A DNA stretch of 64,000 nt from contig CBFGTS010000001.1 of NCBI GenBank assembly GCA_965652295.1, positions 480,001 to 544,000 on the forward strand. The letters run 5' to 3'. This DNA is from an uncultured Haloferula sp. Lineage in GTDB: Bacteria; Verrucomicrobiota; Verrucomicrobiia; Verrucomicrobiales; Akkermansiaceae. The first letter of the stretch is position 1; the number at the start of each line of letters is the position of its first letter. The translations under genes and the position numbers were made by a program. Below the pieces are notes generated by a model that saw only the letters and a program-made list of their open reading frames with translations, did no database searches and was not told the DNA's origin. Shown here piece by piece: positions 54,922 through 62,976 of this stretch.

Positions 54922-56169
54922 TCAAAACCGCCCGGGTGCCATTGCGTCGATCGGGCGGAAGGGGGTGTCGCCTGCGAGGAGGTCGCCGACCAAGCGGCCG
55001 GTGATCGGCCCGAGGCTGAGGCCCATCATGGCGTGGCCGGTGGCGACGACGACGTTGGGCACGGCTTTCAACCGACCGAGGTAGGGCACGCCGTCCGGCG
55101 AAACGGGGCGCAGCCCGACCCAAGGTTCGATGTTCGCGAAATCGCCGACGCTGAATTTCGGAAAGTAGCCGGAGACGGATTTCACGATGCCCATGACGCG
55201 TTTGCGGTCGATCGAGTGATCGAGGCTTCCGACTTCCATCGTGCCGCCGAATCGCAGTTTGGTCCCCATCGGCGTGATCGCCACCTTCGCTTCGGCGAAA
55301 ATCGAGCACAGCTCGGGGAGTTCAGGCGGTGTGGGCAGGGTCAGCGAGTAGCCCTTGCCCGGCTGCAGCGGAAGTTTCGCACCGAGTTTCGCGAGCATCT
55401 TCGCGCTCCACGAGCCGCAGGCGATGACGAACTCGTCCGCTTCGAAGGTCCGGCTGTTCCCACGGGCGGACACGACCCTGCCGCCACGGAGATCCAACCC
55501 ATCGATCTCGACACCGCTCACGATCTCCGCGCCGAGGGCGAGCACGCGTTTCCTCATCGAGACCATGAAGCGCTCTGGCGGAAGGTGGCAGTCCTTCGGG
55601 AAATGCACGGCGCCGGCGATGTCCATGGTCACCCCCGGGTCGAGCTTGGCGACCGACGAGGGATCTAGTACTTCGGCACCGACGCCGATCTCATTCGCGA
55701 CCTCCGCCATTTCCGCCTCTTCATCAAGGCCCCTGGCGGTTTTGCAAAGCATCAGCAGTCCGCGTCGGACGAGGCCGAAGGATTCCTCCTCCTCAAGCTC
55801 GGTGAACAGGCGGCGGCTCTCCAGATTGAGGTCGCGCAGCAGCTCGCGGGTGGCGGCCACGTGGCGCTCGTTCGCATGGCGGTAGAACAGCCATCCCCAG
55901 CGGGCCAGTCGCGGGTCCAGCCGGGGCCGGACGAAAAACGGGCTCTCCGGGTTCAGCATCCAGCGCAGGCCCTTGGAAATCATCCCGGGCGCGGCCAGCG
56001 GGACGAAATGGCTGGGGACGATCATGCCCGCGTTGCCCATCGAGCAGTTGTCGCCGCCCTCCGGCTCGCGTTGGACGATCGTCACCGCGTAGCCGCGTTT
56101 GAGCGCGTAGTAGGCGGAGCAGAGGCCGATGACGCCGCCGCCGATGATGCACACCTTCCGGGTTTCCAT
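54922..56169 (-). CDS. FAD-dependent D-amino acid dehydrogenase (DadA family), probably D-hydroxyproline dehydrogenase
   Basis: IIGGGVIG, CSMGNAG, PGKGYS, WVGLRPVSPDG and TGHAMMG; gene context. Confidence 0.88.
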   Translation of the reverse strand: METRKVCIIGGGVIGLCSAYYALKRGYAVTIVQREPEGGDNCSMGNAGMIVPSHFVPLAAPGMISKGLRWMLNPESPFFVRPRLDPRLARWGWLFYRHANERHVAATRELLRDLNLESRRLFTELEEEESFGLVRRGLLMLCKTARGLDEEAEMAEVANEIGVGAEVLDPSSVAKLDPGVTMDIAGAVHFPKDCHLPPERFMVSMRKRVLALGAEIVSGVEIDGLDLRGGRVVSARGNSRTFEADEFVIACGSWSAKMLAKLGAKLPLQPGKGYSLTLPTPPELPELCSIFAEAKVAITPMGTKLRFGGTMEVGSLDHSIDRKRVMGIVKSVSGYFPKFSVGDFANIEPWVGLRPVSPDGVPYLGRLKAVPNVVVATGHAMMGLSLGPITGRLVGDLLAGDTPFRPIDAMAPGRF

Positions 56170-56624
56170 GATCACGAAAGCCTAGCTCGCGCCGTCTTGG
56201 CGGCTTGTCGAGCGTTCGCCCGCGTTTCGGTCGATTCGTGTCCTCCGGGCACCAAGGACACCGTGATCGAGTGAGGGGAATTCAACCGCAAGAGGAAGGC
56301 CGATGCAGGCACCCAGATCCCGAACTGATTTTTCCATCACCGAGCAGCGGAGGTTTACGGAGATCACGGAGAAAGGCAGGATGGGAGGTTTACCGGTTCG
56401 GTGGCCTGCGTCTTCAGTTTTTCCGTGCCTGGGAGAATGCCTGCCCAACCGGGAACCACCTCGAAGCCTTCTGATGACGATGGGTGAATGAAACCCAATC
56501 GGCGTGCACCCCCTGCATCTGCGGTTCTTACCTCGCTGGCTTGGTCGCCTTGGGCCGGAGCGTTCCGCAGCCCTTGTTTTGAAGATCCGGAGCTGGTAGG
56601 AGCCCCGCCGTGGGGGAGGACGAT

Positions 56625-57161
56625 ATGATGAAGATCCGGGCATTGACCATTTGCGGAAGTCTGCGGGCGCGATCGTCGAACGGGGCTTTGCTCGACGCGT
56701 TCGAGGTTTTGGCCTCGGAGCGGATCTTGTCGCGGCGGCTGGAAGGAGTGGGGGAACTGCCGCTTTTCAATCCGGACTGCGAGCCCGAGGTGCCCGATCT
56801 GGTGCGGGAAATCCGGGCGGAGGCGGTCGAGGCGGACGTCTTGGTTTTTTCCACCCCGGAATACATCCATGCGCTGCCCGCGGCGCTGAAGAACCTGCTG
56901 GAGTGGTTGGTAGGCGATCCGGGTATCTATCAGAAGCCTGTGGTCATTCTCCACGCCAGTCCGGTCGCGAGGCTGGCGCTTGAATCGCTGCATGAGGTGC
57001 TTTCCACGATGTCCGCGCGGATCCTCGAATCCGCGAGCGCGGTGGTGCCCCTCGATGGCAACCGCGTGACAAAGGAGGGCATCCTCCGGAATCCGGAGTG
57101 GACCCGGGCGCTGAAGGCGAGCGCTTCGGAGATCGTCCGGCACTTGGAGGCCGAGCGATAA
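56625..57161 (+). CDS. NADPH-dependent FMN reductase family protein
   Basis: CGSLRARSSN, LPLFNPD and STPEY..LPAALKNLLEW; GGAGGA RBS. Confidence 0.88.
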   Translation: MMKIRALTICGSLRARSSNGALLDAFEVLASERILSRRLEGVGELPLFNPDCEPEVPDLVREIRAEAVEADVLVFSTPEYIHALPAALKNLLEWLVGDPGIYQKPVVILHASPVARLALESLHEVLSTMSARILESASAVVPLDGNRVTKEGILRNPEWTRALKASASEIVRHLEAER

Positions 57162-57227
57162 GGGGGTGGGCGTTGGCGCCCTCACTTGGCGCTTTGCCAT
57201 CCACCGGGGGAAGTTAGCATCGGTGCC

Positions 57228-58307
57228 ATGCGCGAGAAGGCCGTGGAGCTGTTGAAGGAACTCACCGAGGCGCACTCGGTGCCGGGACATGAGGACGAGG
57301 TGCGGGAAATCTTCGCCCGCGAGTTGGGCGGAGTGGGGGAGCTTTCCACGGACGGCAACGGCTCGGTCATTTGCGATGCCGGCGGCGAGGGTCCGCGGGT
57401 GATGGTGGCAGGGCACATGGACGAGGTCGGCTTCATGGTGCAGAGCATCACGCCCAGCGGTTTTCTCCAGTTTGTGACGCTCGGCGGGTGGTGGTCGCAC
57501 AGCCTGCTGTCGCAGCGGATCGAGGTGAAAACCCGGCGCGGCACCAAGATTCCGGGCGTGATCAGTTCGGTGCCGCCGCACTTTCTCAGCGATTCGCAGC
57601 GCAACCAGGTGCTGGGGGTCGAGCAGATGTTCATCGATGTCGGGGCGGAATCGCGCGACCAGGCGGTGCGCGAATTCGGCATTTCCCTCGGCGATCCGGT
57701 GGCTCCTGTCAGCGCGTTCAGCCGGATGGCGCGGGAGGATTGGTTCATGGCGAAGGCGTTCGACAACCGGGTGGGCATGGCCGGGGCGATCCAGTGTGGC
57801 CAGGTCACGGCCAAGGGCGTGCGGGAGAACCGGCTGCTGCTGGCTGGGACGGTGCAGGAGGAAATGGGTCTGCGTGGGGCGAAATCCGTAGCGGTGAAGG
57901 CGAAGCCGGACGTGGTGATCGTCCTCGAAGGTCCGCCTGCCGACGACACCCCGGGGTTTCCGCCGGCGGATTGCCAGGGGCGGCTCGGCGGTGGTGTGCA
58001 GATCCGGTTTTTCGACTCCAGCGCGATCGGAAATCCGCGCTTCGCCCGCTTCGCCGAGCAGGTGGCGCGGGACGAGGGCATTCCCTACCAGGTGACGGTG
58101 CGGCGGAAAGGAGGCACCGATGCCGGTTCCTTCCACCTCGCCAATGAAGGCATCCCCTGCGTGGTGCTCGGAGTGCCGGCGCGCTACATCCATTCGCACA
58201 ATTCGATCATCGATGTGAACGACCACCTGCACATGGTCGCCTTGGCGGCGGCTCTGGTCCGGCGGCTCGATGGCGGCGTGGTGGAATCCCTGACGAGCTA
58301 TTTGTGA
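57228..58307 (+). CDS. M42 family metallopeptidase
   Basis: VPGHEDEVR, AGHMDEVG, KAFDNR, VQEEMGLRGA, GGTDA and RYIHS. Confidence 0.92.
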   Translation: MREKAVELLKELTEAHSVPGHEDEVREIFARELGGVGELSTDGNGSVICDAGGEGPRVMVAGHMDEVGFMVQSITPSGFLQFVTLGGWWSHSLLSQRIEVKTRRGTKIPGVISSVPPHFLSDSQRNQVLGVEQMFIDVGAESRDQAVREFGISLGDPVAPVSAFSRMAREDWFMAKAFDNRVGMAGAIQCGQVTAKGVRENRLLLAGTVQEEMGLRGAKSVAVKAKPDVVIVLEGPPADDTPGFPPADCQGRLGGGVQIRFFDSSAIGNPRFARFAEQVARDEGIPYQVTVRRKGGTDAGSFHLANEGIPCVVLGVPARYIHSHNSIIDVNDHLHMVALAAALVRRLDGGVVESLTSYL

Positions 58308-58345
58308 GCTTGGACGGGATGGGGGTTTCGGTGTCAGCTCCGCTC

Positions 58346-59329
58346 GTGCCCCTCGCGACCTACGTCCACCATCTCGATCCGGTCATTTTCCGCATCAACG
58401 ACGCGATCGCGTTGCGTTGGTACGGGCTCTCTTACCTGGCTGCGTTCCTTGTCGGGATCTGGCTGCTGAATTTCCTCGCCAAGCGGAAGCTCTGGGTGCT
58501 GCCACCGGGGGCGGCGGGCGATTTCATCGCGGCGGCGGCGATCTTCGGCGTCTTCATCGGCGGGCGGCTGGGTTACATGCTCTGGTATGAGCCGCGGGAG
58601 CACGGGTGGGGATGGCTGACCGAGGACCCGCTGCGGGTTTTCCGCGTGTGGGAAGGCGGGATGGCCAGCCACGGCGCGATTCTCGGGTTGGTGGTTTTCA
58701 CCTGGTTTTATTCGCAGAAAAAGAAGGTCTCGTGGACCGGACTCGGCGACGGTCTCTGCGTCGTGGCTCCGCTGGGCATCATGTTCGGGCGCCTGGCGAA
58801 TTTCATCAACGGCGAGCTCTACGGCCGCGTGGCGCAGGGGGTGCCGTGGGCGGTGAAATTCCCGACGGCCCTGGCTGAGCCCGACCGGGTCGAGTCAGCC
58901 CGTTTCGACCAGGCGATGGCGGCGGCGGTTGACGCCGACCCGCGTTTGGCGGAGGTGCCCGGCCCGCAGCTTTTCAACACCGTGCTCGAGTGGCAGCGGG
59001 ATTCTCCGGAAATCCGGCACGCCTTGGAGCCTTTTCTCGAACCCCGGCATCCCTCCCAGCTCTACCAGGCGGCGATGGAGGGGTTGCTGCTGTTTCTCAT
59101 CCTGTGGACCGTGCGTCTGCGCTTTCCGAAGCTCCCGCATGGCGTGCTGACGGGGCTGTTTTTCATCCTCTACGCGGTGTTCCGGATCATCGGCGAGCAG
59201 TTCCGCGAGCCGGATTCGAGCAACAGCTTCGTCGGGGTCTTCACCAGCGGCCAGTTCCTGTCGCTGTTCATGATCGCGATCGGAGCTGCCTTCGTGCTCG
59301 TCGCGGTGAAAGGGAAACGGACGGCCTGA
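58346..59329 (+). CDS. lgt: Prolipoprotein diacylglyceryl transferase
   Basis: LRWYGLSY, GGRLGY, WEGGMASHG, GRLANFINGELYGR, HPSQLY and EQFREPD. GTG start chosen; 58304 is an alternative. Confidence 0.95.
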   Translation: MPLATYVHHLDPVIFRINDAIALRWYGLSYLAAFLVGIWLLNFLAKRKLWVLPPGAAGDFIAAAAIFGVFIGGRLGYMLWYEPREHGWGWLTEDPLRVFRVWEGGMASHGAILGLVVFTWFYSQKKKVSWTGLGDGLCVVAPLGIMFGRLANFINGELYGRVAQGVPWAVKFPTALAEPDRVESARFDQAMAAAVDADPRLAEVPGPQLFNTVLEWQRDSPEIRHALEPFLEPRHPSQLYQAAMEGLLLFLILWTVRLRFPKLPHGVLTGLFFILYAVFRIIGEQFREPDSSNSFVGVFTSGQFLSLFMIAIGAAFVLVAVKGKRTA

Positions 59330-59503
59330 GGTCGGCCGTCGATGGCGGCGCGGGTTTCTTTCCGGTGCGGAGAGACGGAGATGACGGAGGCCACGGAGGT
59401 GGAAAATCCCTCATGGTTGGCTCCGGATCACCCGTAACCCCGCTTTTCCTGCGACCTCTGCAAGCCTTTTAGGCTCAGGGAAATCAGCTCCCGCTGGCTT
59501 CGT

Positions 59504-60004
59504 TCAGCGCGCGATTTTGAGGCGCTGCCCGATGCGGATCGTGCTGCCCGAGATGCCGTTCGCCCGTTGGATCTTGGAGACCGTGGTGCCGTAGCGCTTG
59601 GCCAGACCGTAGAGCGTGTCGCCCTTGCGGACCGAGTGGTAGACCGTGGCGGGAGGTTTCGGCTTGGGCTTCGGTTTGGCGACTGGCTTGGGCTTCGGAG
59701 TCTGCTGGGTGACCACGCGGGTGGTGGTCGTCGGCGAGGATGCCGGAGCGGTGCGCTGGACGACTTGCGTCGAGGTGTTCGAGGCGAGCGCCGGGGTCGT
59801 GGTGGTCGGAGTCGCCGTCGGCTTCGGTTGCACCGAGCGGCCGTTCCATTTCGAGGGGGTGTCCGCCCAGGCTTCGACGTAGTTGCCGTTGCTGTCGAAG
59901 GGGCCGGTGCCGGTGGGATTCTCACCTGAGAAGCTTCCGTTTCCGCAGCTCGAGAGAGCCAGAGGAAGGAGACTGGAGAACAGCAATGCCCGCGAAATCC
60001 GCAT
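59504..60004 (-). CDS. LysM-domain lipoprotein
   Basis: Lipobox LSSC; Pro/Thr/Lys linker; C-terminal HSVRKGDTLYGLAKRYGTTV..IQRANG. Confidence 0.9.
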   Translation of the reverse strand: MRISRALLFSSLLPLALSSCGNGSFSGENPTGTGPFDSNGNYVEAWADTPSKWNGRSVQPKPTATPTTTTPALASNTSTQVVQRTAPASSPTTTTRVVTQQTPKPKPVAKPKPKPKPPATVYHSVRKGDTLYGLAKRYGTTVSKIQRANGISGSTIRIGQRLKIAR

Positions 60005-60294
60005 GGGCGGGAGTATTGAAGCAAACCGGAATCTTGGCAACGCATGTTTGGCCGCGAAACGACCGGACGGGTTCCTGTCTCAGGGCGGGCTGCCGGCGAA
60101 CCGGGGCCGGGATGGATGGGACGGGTAGGATGAATGGGAGGCACTGCCGTTCTTCCCGGTCCGCTGGAACGGTGAGAGAGATTCTTTCCGGCACTTTTTC
60201 GCGAGCCGGGAAACGGCGATCGCCGTGAACCTGCTTTGCCCTTGCCATGGCGAGGGGCGAATGGCATTTCCTCGCCCGTCCGCAAGGAAACGAA

Positions 60295-60367
60295 GGGGCA
60301 TTAGCTCAGTTGGTAGAGCGTCTCGTTCGCAATGAGAAGGTCAGCGGTTCGACTCCGCTATGCTCCA
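60295..60367 (+). tRNA. tRNA-Ala(CGC)
   Basis: GGGGCAT...ATGCTCCA acceptor stem, anticodon loop TT-CGC-AA, GGTTCGACTCC T arm. Confidence 0.95.
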
Positions 60368-60397
60368 CGTCTTCCGGTCGGCTCGTTTGCCTGAGCT

Positions 60398-60604
60398 TCA
60401 CTTGAAGAAGCCGCCCATTTTTCCCATCAGCCCGCCGGCGATCCGGCCGAGGTCGGGGGTGCGGCCTTCGAGGAGGTCGTCGATGACGCCGACGCAATCC
60501 TGAGGCACGCGCTCCTTCACGAAGCCCGCCACGGTGTCGAGGATCTGGTCCACCTGTTCGTCGCTAAGTCCGAGAGCGGAGAGGCGGGCTTTGAGTTCGT
60601 TCAC
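60398..60604 (-). CDS. Small helical hypothetical protein (68 aa)
   Basis: GTG start; NELKARLSALGLSDEQ...GGLMGKMGGFFK; host codon usage. Confidence 0.65.
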   Translation of the reverse strand: MNELKARLSALGLSDEQVDQILDTVAGFVKERVPQDCVGVIDDLLEGRTPDLGRIAGGLMGKMGGFFK

Positions 60605-60639
60605 GGCAGGCGGCGGGTCGGATTGCGAGGAGTGAAAAG

Positions 60640-60721
60640 TACCGGGGACAGGACTCGAACCTGCACGCCTTGCGGCGCCAGAACCTAAATCTGGTGCGTC
60701 TACCAATTTCGCCACCCCGGC
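60640..60721 (-). tRNA. tRNA-Leu(TAG)
   Basis: Reverse complement GCCGGGGTGGCGAAATTGGTAGACGCA CCAGA TT-TAG-GT TCTGG, long variable arm, GGTTCGAGTCC. Confidence 0.95.
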
Positions 60722-61054
60722 AGGTGCGGCGGAGCATGAGCCGCAAACCGGCGCGCTGGCGAGCGGAAGTTGTGGGGTCGGTTGGAATCGTCGAGAAGCT
60801 GCGGAGCAGGGAATTCGGGCTGCCCAGAAATCCAAATCTCCAACGGCCGAAGCTCAACGAAAGCTCTTTCAATCCTCAGAGCCCGCCTAATCAACCCATC
60901 CTCTTGCCATAGTGAGGTGCCGCGACCGACTCACCGCGACCCTCTGCCGGCTAACGTATTTCAACATTGAGCCCGCCTGCCGCTCATGGAATCGGGATTT
61001 GCCATCACTGATTTTTGCTTCAGCGGCCGTAACGTCGTGGGAACTGGATGAATT

Positions 61055-61084
61055 AAGCCCCCGTCCGTTGCCGGACGGGGGCTT
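61055..61084 (-). terminator. Terminator hairpin after the small ORF
   Basis: Perfect 13-bp stem AAGCCCCCGTCCG/CGGACGGGGGCTT with a GCAA loop on the minus strand, 4 nt after the stop codon. Confidence 0.8.
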
Positions 61085-61088
61085 TGGA

Positions 61089-61250
61089 TCAGGCGGCCTT
61101 GTCGTCGTGATCCACCGGAACCCACATCACGAAGACTTTGCCTCGCTTCGGATATTCGATCCTTCCGGTCGTCGGATTCCGCCGCGAACGGCGGAAGATT
61201 TTCCGATAGCCGGGACGATCGTCCGGGAACAGTTTGAGCTGATCGCTCAT
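61089..61250 (-). CDS. Small basic protein (53 aa), absent from the ORF track
   Basis: MSDQLKLFPDDRPGYRKIFRRSRRNPTTGRIEYPKRGKVFVMWVPVDHDDKAA; AGAAAGGA RBS 6 nt before ATG; terminator immediately downstream. Confidence 0.75.
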   Translation of the reverse strand: MSDQLKLFPDDRPGYRKIFRRSRRNPTTGRIEYPKRGKVFVMWVPVDHDDKAA

Positions 61251-61473
61251 AGTCTGTCCTTTCTATCCCCTGAACAGGTTCTTGACCCCGGGCGAAACCG
61301 TGGTAAACGGCCTTTGCGGAAGCGTGTTTACCACCACGATTCACCCTCTGAAGGGCTTCAGTCAGTCAGAGGTCTGCTGAAAAGCGTCTAAGGAGCCCGC
61401 CTTGTGTCTCACCACTGGCGGGCTCCATTGCGATTGCGAACTTAGAATTTCATTTGGCGTTACTTGGGGTGGG

Positions 61474-62085
61474 TTACTCAGGTTCATACCAAAGCCCCTC
61501 TCGGGTAAATCTCGTGAGTATTGCTTTCTGATTAACGCCGAATTTCTGTGCTAGTAGCTCAGCGGCTCTCCGGCGGAGATCCGGTAGTTGGCGCCAACCA
61601 GGAACTTCTTTGAAGGTGGAGGAAAGCCGCTCGAACTCAGATTCGAGTTTCTCAATGGGTACTAGCAAGCGGCCGGCAAACTCGTTCGCTTCCTTCTCAA
61701 TGTCGTATTTCCTCCCTCCCAATGAGGCCGTCCACTCCAAAAATGTTTCGAGGGTGCGAAAACCCGAAGTTTCAAATTCCTCTCGATGCATGATGTAGTG
61801 CCCAATCTCGTGCGCGATTGAGAACCTCAGTCGATTCTGCTTCCAAGGTGGGGCTCGATCCTCCAAATCGAAAATTTCCTCGTCCACGTAGATCCCGGTG
61901 AAGTCGGCAGCGAGGGCGGCTTCGACACGATATTTGGACGAGAGCCCCGCGAGAGGGATCAAATCCAAACCCAGCTCGACGTCCGCGAGAAAAACGGTGT
62001 CGATCGGTAGGTTGTTGAGCTCGAAGCAATTGTGTTGCTCCCGGAACTCACGGACATGCTCCCAAACGCGGGTCTCCCAACTCAT
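61474..62085 (-). CDS. ImmA/IrrE-family Zn metallopeptidase
   Basis: RLRFSIAHEIGH (HExxH) and EKEANEFAGRLLVP. Confidence 0.9.
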   Translation of the reverse strand: MSWETRVWEHVREFREQHNCFELNNLPIDTVFLADVELGLDLIPLAGLSSKYRVEAALAADFTGIYVDEEIFDLEDRAPPWKQNRLRFSIAHEIGHYIMHREEFETSGFRTLETFLEWTASLGGRKYDIEKEANEFAGRLLVPIEKLESEFERLSSTFKEVPGWRQLPDLRRRAAELLAQKFGVNQKAILTRFTREGLWYEPE

Positions 62086-62098
62086 TGTTATCTTTTCG

Positions 62099-62473
62099 TT
62101 ATTCTGGATCGGCCCGGTAAAGGGCGCGAATGTCATCGATCATGGATGCCAGCTCCGTTTCGTCCGGCTCCTCTCCTCGCATCGCGCGAAAGAAGGCCGG
62201 TAGCTTTGAGACCACGCCCTCACGTTCGAGGATGTCGGATGGCAGTTCATTACGGGCGAGAGATGCCGCATCGAAAAGCTCTTGCCGCTGTGCGCCGGAG
62301 ATTTCCAAGAGATCGGCGACTTGAGACAGAATGGCGACATCGCGCGGTGGTGGATTCACCCCCCGTTCCACCTTGCTCCAATTGCTCGGATCAAGTCCGA
62401 GTTGCGAACAGAATTCGCGGAGGCCAAGGCGGCGGGAGATGCGAGCAGTCTTGATGGTTTCATTGAACTTCAT
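62099..62473 (-). CDS. XRE-family HTH regulator
   Basis: FNETIKTARISRRLGLREFC..LGLDPSNWSKVERGVNPPP. Confidence 0.9.
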   Translation of the reverse strand: MKFNETIKTARISRRLGLREFCSQLGLDPSNWSKVERGVNPPPRDVAILSQVADLLEISGAQRQELFDAASLARNELPSDILEREGVVSKLPAFFRAMRGEEPDETELASMIDDIRALYRADPE

Positions 62474-62597
62474 GTGTAGTGCCCAAAATTGGCCGATTCG
62501 GGCGGTTCGGTTGGCGGTTTTCGTACATGGCTGGATTTTGTCACTATAGAGGAGCAGCATCGGGCTGCGGCACCAGCGACATGAGCTTGATATATCA

Positions 62598-62643
62598 ACC
62601 GTGGTAGAAATCAACCACAAATGTGGTTGGATTTTACCACGGT
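62598..62643. promoter_or_regulatory. 46-bp imperfect inverted repeat made of two GTGGT-N8-ACCAC boxes
   Basis: ACCGTGGTAGAAATCAACCACA-AA-TGTGGTTGGATTTTACCACGGT; arms match at 19 of 22 positions; 125 bp upstream of the XRE gene. Confidence 0.65.
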
Positions 62644-62785
62644 GCTCGTGAGCCTTGTTCGCTTGGACTCCAGCACGGCCCCTCCGCAGCGGGAAGCGAA
62701 AGAATGGCCCGGAAATGGCCCGCTAGCGAAATCGCCAGAATCAGCGGTGAACCACGGGAGCGTCACAACCCTCTGAAAAAGAGGA

Positions 62786-62871
62786 TGGTGGGCAGAGAAG
62801 GATTCGAACCTTCGTAGGCTTGCGCCAGCAGATTTACAGTCTGCCCCATTTGACCGCTCTGGTATCTGCCC
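62786..62871 (-). tRNA. tRNA-Tyr(GTA)
   Basis: Reverse complement GGGCAGATACCAGAGCGGTCAAATGGG GCAGA CT-GTA-AA TCTGC...GGTTCGAATCCTTCTCTGCCCACCA; CCA is encoded. Confidence 0.95.
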
Positions 62872-62976
62872 TTTGTCCCGGTCGGGGCCGGAGGTCTAGG
62901 GGTCGGCCCGGGCATTTGCAAGGGGAAAAATGTTCGCTCCGGAGGTCCCGGTGGAAGGGGAATTTCTCCCTCCGTT

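Noticed and set aside
60912..61391. 159-aa plus-strand ORF and 127-aa minus-strand ORF (60961..61344)
   Set aside because: Both run across a terminator and hairpins and have no RBS or motifs; the 53-aa ORF with RBS and terminator fits better.
60722..62785. Intact integrative element or prophage at tRNA-Tyr
   Set aside because: No integrase is present, and I found no duplicate of the tRNA 3' end (att repeat) by eye; at most this is a remnant.
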